In this document: positions 1-6,614 of the stretch, in pieces
Layout of the letters: each line of letters starts with the position of its first letter
Position numbering within the stretch: position 1 is the stretch's first letter
Source: Caldivirga maquilingensis IC-167
Lineage (GTDB): Archaea > Thermoproteota > Thermoprotei > Thermoproteales > Thermocladiaceae
Length of the DNA: 32,000 nt
NCBI RefSeq assembly: GCF_000018305.1
Contig: NC_009954.1
Span: 360,001 to 392,000, forward strand
Direction: 5' to 3'
Made by a program: the position numbers and the translations under genes
The notes under the pieces: model-generated
What the model saw: only the letters and a program-made list of their open reading frames with translations
Databases searched by the model: none
Told to the model about the DNA's origin: nothing

Positions 1-2
1 AG

Positions 3-962
3 GACATTATAAATGATTTAATTGAATTAGGATTTAAACCATCAAAGATTAGGGAGTACCACGGCGAAAGCATTGTTACCTGGAGTAATGGATTAATGAA
101 TGTAATTAGCGGTAAGTCAAATGTTGCCTTCGTCACCTCAATAACGTTATTCACGCTACTTAAGGCATTGGGGATTCCCGTTGGTGATAAGGCACTGCAG
201 GCATATAGAGTGCCTGAGTGGGTAATGGAGGCTCCATTGGACGTTAAGGCGGAGTTTTTAGCCGCGTACTTCGGTAGTGAGTTAGAGAGACCGCGGGTTG
301 AGAATAACGGTAGAACATTCCAACCACCAACACTGGTAATACACAAGGCTGAGAACCTGGCTGGGAATGGTATTGAATTCCTAAACGATATTAGGAAACT
401 ACTTAGTGAATTCGGTATAGAGACAACACCCGTGAGCGTTAGCAGTGGCGTCATTAGGAAGAATGGCATTAGGACCGTTAGGTTGAGGTTTTCAATAATT
501 AGTAACACTAATAACTTACTAAGGTTCTTTGGAAGGATAGGCTATGCGTACAATAAGGAACATGACTCACTGGCGGTATTAGCGTATGAGTATCTACGTA
601 GAAAGGTTTTGCTTTGGCAGCATTACGCTGATGCTTATGAATTAACGAGGAAATTAATGAGCGAAGGCTACGACGGACCCAGTATAGTTAAGGCCCTTAG
701 GAGCGCCGGGTATAGGGTTAGTAGGGCCACGGTGTATAAGTGGTTAAAGGGTGTTAAGAATACTAAGTACATAGGTAGAACAGCCAGAATACCATCATTC
801 AGTGATTGGATTATTAAGGCCACACTAGGGCTGGGGAACTCGGGGCTGGTTTGGGATGTGGTCACTGAAGTTAAGCCCATTGAGTGGAATGATAGGCTTT
901 GGGATGTGACCACTGAAAGCTCATACCATAACTTCATTGCAAACGGCCTGGTAACCGGCAAC
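3..962 (+). other. Intein, LAGLIDADG homing-endonuclease type (C-terminal ~320 residues visible; N-terminal splicing block lies outside the window)
   Basis: LAGLIDADG-like helix [18 protein letters not shown] (246..293). Typical endonuclease segments [15 protein letters not shown] and [16 protein letters not shown]. Block F/G-like [22 protein letters not shown] ends in Asn (960..962) and is followed directly by Cys (963..965) of the extein. Confidence 0.85.
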
Positions 963-1193
963 TGTGTCAGGGTCCAGCTTACGAAGAATGGGAAGGTGGT
1001 TACGGCATTCGTGCCGTGGGATGGTGGTTTAAACCTCATTAATGAGCATGATGAGGTGATCATAGAGAGGATCGGTGGCCCAGAGGGTAGGGCTTACGGT
1101 GACCTACCTGGCGTGAGGTTTAAGGTAACTAAAGTTAATGGAGTCAGTCTTAAAGCCATACTACTGGGTAAGAAACAGAAACCAGTTAGATAA
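3..1193 (+). CDS. rps12: 30S ribosomal protein uS12 (S12/S23 family), 5'-truncated by the window edge and interrupted by an intein (intein 3..962, C-extein 963..1193)
   Basis: The frame of ORF 96..1193 stays open back to nt 3 ([19 protein letters not shown]...). The last 76 codons, [76 protein letters not shown], match the conserved C-terminal half of archaeal/eukaryotic uS12 (compare human S23 ...[29 protein letters not shown]...GDIPGVRFKVVKV..VSL). The upstream part is intein-like. Confidence 0.9.
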   Translation, partial: DIINDLIELGFKPSKIREYHGESIVTWSNGLMNVISGKSNVAFVTSITLFTLLKALGIPVGDKALQAYRVPEWVMEAPLDVKAEFLAAYFGSELERPRVENNGRTFQPPTLVIHKAENLAGNGIEFLNDIRKLLSEFGIETTPVSVSSGVIRKNGIRTVRLRFSIISNTNNLLRFFGRIGYAYNKEHDSLAVLAYEYLRRKVLLWQHYADAYELTRKLMSEGYDGPSIVKALRSAGYRVSRATVYKWLKGVKNTKYIGRTARIPSFSDWIIKATLGLGNSGLVWDVVTEVKPIEWNDRLWDVTTESSYHNFIANGLVTGNCVRVQLTKNGKVVTAFVPWDGGLNLINEHDEVIIERIGGPEGRAYGDLPGVRFKVTKVNGVSLKAILLGKKQKPVR

Positions 1194-1888
1194 TTAGCCA
1201 TTAACTTAAGTTACATTATTAATTCACTTAATTTAATAATAATAAGTATAAATGCGGTTTGCAAATGCCTAATTTCCCAGCAGTTAATGGTAGTATCACC
1301 TACCCTACTAGTCATTCGTGATCCTATGTTGAACACTATGTATGAATCCTATGAATTGATGGATAACAAATTCATGAAACCCAATGATAACTTCGTTCAT
1401 GTGCCACAACAAACTCCTAGGATCAATGCAAGGATTAGGCGATCGTTGAGCGGGAACTACGTGGGTTTAGAAGAGGTAGCTTGATCCGCCTAGTTACTCC
1501 ATGGATAAGTTATTCATGGATTACTTGGCCGGCGCATCATAAGCCTCTACACTATTGCCGTTAAAGGTGAGGTGCCACAACATAAGGGCACTGTATGAGC
1601 CAGGGATAAAGAGTATGATCAGCCTCAACATTAGGAGGTAGATTTAAGAAAAATAGGTAAATTACGCCTTAACTTACCCTAGCACACTTAACCTAATATT
1701 ACCCAACGTAAAAATTCAACCTCACTGATACAGTACCATAAAGCCTAGCGAATCCAGTGGGTAAGATGTATGGTAGGAGATTAAGTGAGTTAATAAGGCT
1801 CAGAGTACTAGTTGATTAATAAATCAACTCAGTAAAAGGCTAGGTGGTGTAAAGGTTTCCGGAATAATTATCTAGCAAATAATTATAA

Positions 1889-3142
1889 ATGAGTGCAATA
1901 TGTGTATCTAGGGTTATGAATCCAATAGATGATTATATAAAGAACGAGGTCAAGGAGTTAATGGGGGAATCCGCATTCACATACCTGGCTAAGGCACGTG
2001 AGGTAAGTGAGAGGAAGGGCATTAGGGTAATCTCCTTCGGAATTGGGCAGCCGGACTTACCCACATTCCCCAACATAATAAATGCTGCTAAGAGGGCACT
2101 GGATGAGGGATTCACCGGCTACACCGAAACACCGGGCATTAAGGAGCTTAGGGAGGCTGTGGCTGATTACCTAAACCATAGGTACCAGGCAAAGGTGCTT
2201 CCCGAGGAGGTGATAGTGACGACTGGTACAAAGACAGCCATATTCCTAGCCCTGTCAGCCTATGTGAGGCCAGGCGATGAGGTGATAATACCGGATCCCT
2301 CATACCCAGCATATGCGGAGATAACGAAGTTCAACGGTGGGAAGCCCATTTATGTACCCCTAAAATTCAGCGTGGAGGATGGGTTTAGACTTGATGTTGA
2401 GGGTATTGAGGGGGCTTTGACTGATAAGACCAGGGCAGTGGTTATCAATAACCCGCATAACCCCACGGGTACTGTATTCGACGCTAGGGATGTGATGAAG
2501 GTTTTGGATATAGCGAAGGATCATAGGTTATTGGTAATTGTTGATGAGATATACGATAACTTCGTGTACGAGGATACCGTATTTAAGGGTATCCTCGAAC
2601 TTGAGCCCGAGTGGAGGAAGTACATAATCTATACCAATGGCTTTAGTAAGACGTTCTCCATGACCGGTTGGAGGCTCGGTTACCTAGTCACTAGTAGGGA
2701 TGTGGTTAAGTACCTGGAGAGGTTAGCTACAAACGTTTACAGCTGCCCACCATCCATAGCCCAGTGGGCGGGTGTGGAGGCCCTGAGGAGTGGGATGTCG
2801 TGGCGTGAAAGTAGGAGGATGGTTGAGTTATTCAGGAGGCGTAGGGATGTTATGTATGAGGAGTTAAGGAAAATACCCGGTATCGAGGTGTGGAGGGGTA
2901 ATGGGGCATTTTACATGTATCCCAGGGTAGCCCCACTGCTTAATAAGCTGAGTATGGACGTAGAATCCTTCACAAACTGGCTCCTTGAGGACCACGGCGT
3001 GGTGGTACTACCAGGTACTGCATTCTCTGAAACACGTATGGGTAGGGAGTTTGTGAGATTTAGTTATGCACTGGATGAGGGAGACATAAGGGAGGGTGTA
3101 AGGAGAATCCTCAATGCGGTAATGCAGAGGCTAGGTAAATAA
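1889..3142 (+). CDS. Class I/II PLP-dependent aminotransferase (aspartate aminotransferase-like)
   Basis: 417 aa. Motifs VINNPHNPTGTVF and NGFSKTFSMTGWRLGY (PLP-lysine motif). Alternative in-frame start at ATG 1916. Two palindromic ATAATTAT boxes lie at 1864..1871 and 1880..1887, just upstream. Confidence 0.9.
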   Translation: MSAICVSRVMNPIDDYIKNEVKELMGESAFTYLAKAREVSERKGIRVISFGIGQPDLPTFPNIINAAKRALDEGFTGYTETPGIKELREAVADYLNHRYQAKVLPEEVIVTTGTKTAIFLALSAYVRPGDEVIIPDPSYPAYAEITKFNGGKPIYVPLKFSVEDGFRLDVEGIEGALTDKTRAVVINNPHNPTGTVFDARDVMKVLDIAKDHRLLVIVDEIYDNFVYEDTVFKGILELEPEWRKYIIYTNGFSKTFSMTGWRLGYLVTSRDVVKYLERLATNVYSCPPSIAQWAGVEALRSGMSWRESRRMVELFRRRRDVMYEELRKIPGIEVWRGNGAFYMYPRVAPLLNKLSMDVESFTNWLLEDHGVVVLPGTAFSETRMGREFVRFSYALDEGDIREGVRRILNAVMQRLGK

Positions 3143-3168
3143 AGTGCTGCGTTGTGGAAATTAACAAT

Positions 3169-3517
3169 ATGGAGCATGTATACGTTGATGCGACAATATA
3201 CGGGGAGGGAACCAAGAACCGTAAAAGCCCTTGTGGATACGGGCGCCACGTACACGGTCATACCCAGGAAACTGGCTGAGGAACTCGGTATAAGGGGTTT
3301 GGGAACCTTCATTAATGTACTCGCGGCAAAGGGGTATGTAAGGCTTGAGGAGGCCTTGGTCACCATGGAAATAATGAATGAAAGGAGGAATCAAGTGGTG
3401 CTGTTATCGGACAATGCTGACATGGTAATTGTGGGGGTCATAACACTGGAATCCATGGGGTTTATCGCGGATCCAACCACAGGTAAGCTCGAGAGATCAG
3501 GGGTCTTCCTACTCTAG
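3169..3517 (+). CDS. Retropepsin-like (clan AA) aspartic protease, apparently needing a +1 frameshift near 3208..3212
   Basis: ALVDTGATYTVIPRKLAEELGI carries the D-T-G active-site motif. A family-typical N-terminus, MEHVYVDATIYGEG, is encoded from ATG 3169 in the neighbouring frame and runs into the ORF 3152..3517 frame at the G/A run cggggagggaacc. Confidence 0.7.
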
Positions 3518-3788
3518 CAGGGAAGGGCTTAAATACATGGTGGCTTTACACAGATTTGGTACGCCTAGCAATGGTTCACTAATAAAGGCTGTAAGGTTAG
3601 GAGCCAAATACCCAGGATACCATTAAAATTCAAGAAGAACCTAACCCCAAGACGCAGAAACAGCCGAAACTACTATACAAACTGGGCACTAACAGGCAGC
3701 ATAATAAGTCCCGAGGATGTTGGCTACGCAGGTGCAGTTGGGTGGTTGTGTTGGGGTCTTGGTTCGTGGTTTGCTGTTTTGTGGTTAG

Positions 3789-3796
3789 TTTTTTAA
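3789..3796 (+). promoter_or_regulatory. TATA-like box (ttttttaa) upstream of the coiled-coil gene
   Basis: An A/T octamer lies 22 nt upstream of in-frame GTG 3818. This fits the archaeal -26 TATA spacing with a leaderless mRNA. It implies the true start is probably GTG 3818 rather than GTG 3797. Confidence 0.35.
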
Positions 3797-4381
3797 GTGT
3801 TGGTTATTGCCTTGTGTGTGGAGTCTTTGTTGGGTGCCGTTATTGATAAGTCGCTTGAGGCTGTTTTGAGGAAGTTGGAGAAGGGTGAGAGGCTTAAGAC
3901 TGAGGATTTGGTGGTTTTGGTGTTATCTACGGTGAGGGAGCAAAACAGGAGGATAGATGCGCTTAATGATCAAGTTAATAGGAGGATTGATGAGGTGAGT
4001 AAGAGAATTGATATGCTCAATGACCAGGTTAATAGGAGGATTGAGGAGTTGAACAAGAGGATTGATGCGTTAGCGGATCAATTAAATAGGAGGATTGATG
4101 AGACCAACAAGAGAATTAATGAGACCAATAAGAGGATTGACTCATTGAGTGAGCAGGTTAATAAGAGAATTGATGAAACGAATAAGAGGATTGATGCCTT
4201 GAGTGATCAAATAGGTAGGAGGTTTGAGGAGTTGAATATGAGGATTGATGGTGTGTATAATGTGCTTGGTAATATTCAGAGGACCCTTGTTGATATGAGT
4301 AAGATTCTCATGGATCTTCAGAAAGTCATGCTTAGTATTCAGGCTTCTATATCGTCTCAATCGCAGAGGCAAACCCACTAA
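3797..4381 (+). CDS. Coiled-coil protein built from tandem 7- and 11-residue N(K/R)RID-type repeats; function unknown
   Basis: 194-aa ORF. Residues encoded by 3944..4255 read NRRIDAL/NDQVNRRIDEV/SKRIDML/NDQVNRRIEEL/NKRIDAL/ADQLNRRIDET/NKRINET/NKRIDSL/SEQVNKRIDET/NKRIDAL/SDQIGRRFEEL/NMRIDGV. There is no ATG start; a GTG start at 3797 or 3818 is likely. Confidence 0.65.
   Translation: MLVIALCVESLLGAVIDKSLEAVLRKLEKGERLKTEDLVVLVLSTVREQNRRIDALNDQVNRRIDEVSKRIDMLNDQVNRRIEELNKRIDALADQLNRRIDETNKRINETNKRIDSLSEQVNKRIDETNKRIDALSDQIGRRFEELNMRIDGVYNVLGNIQRTLVDMSKILMDLQKVMLSIQASISSQSQRQTH
3944..4255 (+). repeat. Intragenic tandem repeat: five 54-nt (18-codon = 7+11) units plus one extra 21-nt unit
   Basis: The DNA pattern gat-nnn-ytn-ant-gay-car-ntn-aat-agg-agg-att-gak-gag-nnn-aay-aag-agr-att recurs directly. 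Confidence 0.85.
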
Positions 4382-4384
4382 CGC

Positions 4385-4639
4385 CCAGGGAACCCATTAT
4401 ATCCCCAACCACGTGAGTACTAGGCTTCAGGAAAGCTAAAGCGAAGACCAACCTATCGAAACTCCTCCTCACGGGATCCTCTATAAGGCTCTGCCAATGG
4501 GGGATCACTGAACTCATTATAAGCCATATATCAGTAAACCCAACCTCCCCTCAATATACCTAGCCATGGAGGATATGCACTCCCCATAGGAACCCCTCCT
4601 GGAACCATGACCAACAATGATCACCGCAACATTACTCAT
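4385..4639 (-). pseudogene. cbiX: Small sirohydrochlorin cobaltochelatase (CbiX-S)-like pseudogene with at least two frameshifts
   Basis: Minus strand from ATG 4639: MSNVAVIIVGHGSRRGSYGECISSMARYIEGRLG...stop (GHGSR motif). It continues in a second frame as YMAYNEFSDPPLAE, then in a third as LIEDPVRRSFDRLVFALAFLKPSTHVVGDIMGSLG (compare the CbiX pattern ..rivvvPlFL..G.H...DIp). Confidence 0.5.
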
Positions 4640-5231
4640 TAACATATGATCAACATCCAATTAATAAGCATTACGAAACCAAAAACCACAACAACGAACC
4701 AGAAACACCCAAGGACCCACGCATGATCATTTAATGGTTCTGAAAAATTAGGGGATAATAATAGACATGCAAATTATCATTAAAATAACTAGACAGGATA
4801 AAGCCGTAGTCAGGAAGTACGTGGAAAATAATGACACCAATTAGTAATGAAACTCCGGAGTAAAATATACCACTGACAGTAAAATCTAGAGGAAACATCC
4901 ATGCTACCCAATGCATGTCTATGCTAAGTAAGCTGGAATTTAAGATGGATGACCACATACAGCGCAATCATCACCATTGAGTACAATGCACCTAGGGCCT
5001 CAGTATATTTACCCCCTGTATTTAGTTCCTCCTCGCATTGAACTTATACTCTATTCCCCTTACCGTTTCTAGGATCCATTGCTTTTGAAACTCTTCGAAA
5101 GTCACGCACCCCGTGTCCCTGCATCCCATAACATTGGAATCCATGGAGATTCATCACAGACCCAGTGGTAGTGGCCGTGAGGCTTGCCAAGGGTGGGTTC
5201 AGGACCCCGGATACCTTAATTAATTTAACCC

Positions 5232-5290
5232 ACTAAGGTTAATGAAGTTAACCTTAAAGCCATACTACTGGGTGAGAAGCAGAAACTATG
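5232..5290 (+). pseudogene. Decayed duplicate of the rps12 3' end (core of a probable rps12 relic)
   Basis: 5232..5286 aligns without gaps to 1128..1182 with 48/55 identities and a perfect 21-mer cttaaagccatactactgggt (1149..1169 = 5253..5273). It encodes TKVNEVNLKAILLGEKQK versus [18 protein letters not shown]. Stops occur in frame immediately upstream, and the stop codon is lost downstream. Confidence 0.75.
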
Positions 5291-5372
5291 GGTGTTTAGT
5301 GGGTTCGCGTGTTTTATGCTGCTTGTTGAGTTTTGTGGGAATGTTTAAAAGTAGGATAATTATCCTAATTCC

Positions 5373-6614
5373 GTGACCCTAATGACGAATGATCACTGGG
5401 GTGAAGCACACACCGTCGCATTCACGGTGTTTAGCCTAAGCACCACGATTGAAGCCTACATATACTCAATCTCATATCTAGCCACTGGCTGGGTGGTTAC
5501 ACCAAGGTACTTAACAGCATTATTAACGGTTTGGCCACCACTATGGTTACTAATCGGCGGCGCCGTGGCTGGTCCCCTCTCTGATGCGCTTGGTAGGAGG
5601 AGGGTACTTTACTTAACCCTACTAATGTATGTCGTCGGTGCCGTTGGCTTAATGATTAGTCAAGGGTATGTGATGCTTCTAATATTCCTAAGCCTACTAC
5701 TGGTAGCCACTGGTGGTGAGTATAATACAGTTATGACTGCTGCCCATGAGTACTTCCCAAGTAGGCTTAGGGGTAGGTTAGTTTTCCTAATACTTAACTT
5801 CACTAATCTAGGTGGCGTATTGGCTGCAGCATTAACGCTACTTAACGTTAACCCGATGATGCAGAGGGTGGCGTTGGGGGCTACGTTAATAATCATACTA
5901 CCTCTACTGTATGCGCTTAGGCGAATGCTCCCTGAATCCGTACTGTGGCTGGAGGCTGTTGGTAAGGTTAATGAAGTAAACACCATTGATTCACCCCATG
6001 AGTATACTGTGAGGATTAGGTTGCCTCCAACGTGGTTAAGGGTAATGGTGGGTGGGTTAATTGGATGGGCTTATACGGCTGGGTTCAGTTTACTGGCGTT
6101 AACCCTTGGACCATACTTCCTACCAAGCTTAACCAATTGGTTGATTCTCGTGTTTTCCACAGCGGCATTAGTGTCAGGGGTGGTGATAGGTTTATTGGCT
6201 GATTCAGTGAGTAGGAGAGTGATGCTTGCTGCCTCGTCACTGGGGTCAACACTCATTACCTTAATACTGGCGTTCACCACAAATACATGGATGCGTAACC
6301 TAGGCGTGTTCTGGGGCTTATTCACAGTATTCTCAATACTAATTAACGCATACTTCCTAACCGAGGACACGCTTAAATCAGAGTACTGGAGGGTGATTAG
6401 GAGGGGAACCTACACTGCATTGGTTAGGGTTATTTCACTGGGTGGCTCAATCCCAGTGTTATTCGCCTCAGCCTACATACCGATGAAACTATACCTACTT
6501 GTCGACTCAATAATACTGGGGGTTGGGGCTGCTGCAAGCATAGTCTGGTACATTGTGGGTGTGGAAACAGGTAAGGGTATAAGCGTGAGGGCTTGGGGTC
6601 TTGAGGATGCTTGA
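5373..6614 (+). CDS. Major facilitator superfamily (MFS) transporter
   Basis: 413 aa with about 12 hydrophobic segments. MFS motif A, GPLSDALGRRRVL, lies between TM2 and TM3. TATA-like tttaaaag at 5344..5351. Confidence 0.8.
   Translation: MTLMTNDHWGEAHTVAFTVFSLSTTIEAYIYSISYLATGWVVTPRYLTALLTVWPPLWLLIGGAVAGPLSDALGRRRVLYLTLLMYVVGAVGLMISQGYVMLLIFLSLLLVATGGEYNTVMTAAHEYFPSRLRGRLVFLILNFTNLGGVLAAALTLLNVNPMMQRVALGATLIIILPLLYALRRMLPESVLWLEAVGKVNEVNTIDSPHEYTVRIRLPPTWLRVMVGGLIGWAYTAGFSLLALTLGPYFLPSLTNWLILVFSTAALVSGVVIGLLADSVSRRVMLAASSLGSTLITLILAFTTNTWMRNLGVFWGLFTVFSILINAYFLTEDTLKSEYWRVIRRGTYTALVRVISLGGSIPVLFASAYIPMKLYLLVDSIILGVGAAASIVWYIVGVETGKGISVRAWGLEDA

Noticed and set aside
668-1063. Antisense or alternative-frame ORFs nested in well-supported genes: 668..1063, 1933..2115, 3064..3366, 3161..3394, 4142..4378, 5660..5986, 6071..6370, 6651..6848, 7200..7382, 10879..11082, 11149..11337, 11915..12124, 12553..12753, 13671..13895, 14292..14492, 15331..15744, 16192..16419, 16507..16956, 19848..20078, 21025..21237, 22909..23187, 26291..26530, 30476..30691, 30613..30813
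   Set aside because: Each lies wholly inside a longer ORF with clear family motifs. Their translations are low-complexity (Ser/Leu/Pro/Thr-rich), as expected from reading a purine-rich coding strand backwards or out of frame.
1287-1484. 65-aa ORF in the gap after rps12
   Set aside because: No motif, no promoter-like box at a sensible distance, and atypical composition. Probably a chance ORF in non-coding or decayed DNA.
3631-3790. A CA-rich tract (3631..3680) that appears complementary to the GT-rich tract (3740..3790)
   Set aside because: The match is parallel (5'->3' against 5'->3'), not antiparallel, so it cannot base-pair. It is a low-complexity composition effect.
4731-4967. 78-aa hydrophobic minus-strand ORF
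   Set aside because: No recognisable family. Its 5' part overlaps the region that weakly matches the N-terminal part of the rps12 relic on the other strand, and its hydrophobicity may come from AT-rich sequence. It cannot be excluded as a real small membrane protein, but it is not supported.
5165-5215. tRNA-like fragments (agtggtag D-loop-like, gggttcaggaccc T-arm-like) that might have marked a tRNA integration target
   Set aside because: No 5-bp T-stem, anticodon arm or acceptor stem can be drawn. The same bases align, with spacing conserved, to the GRAYGDLPG-coding part of rps12.
5235-5981. An 18-nt near-identity: aaggttaatgaagttaac (5235..5252) versus aaggttaatgaagtaaac (5964..5981, inside the MFS gene)
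   Set aside because: A rough estimate predicts several 17/18 matches by chance among all word pairs in a 32-kb window with biased composition, and the flanks show no similarity.
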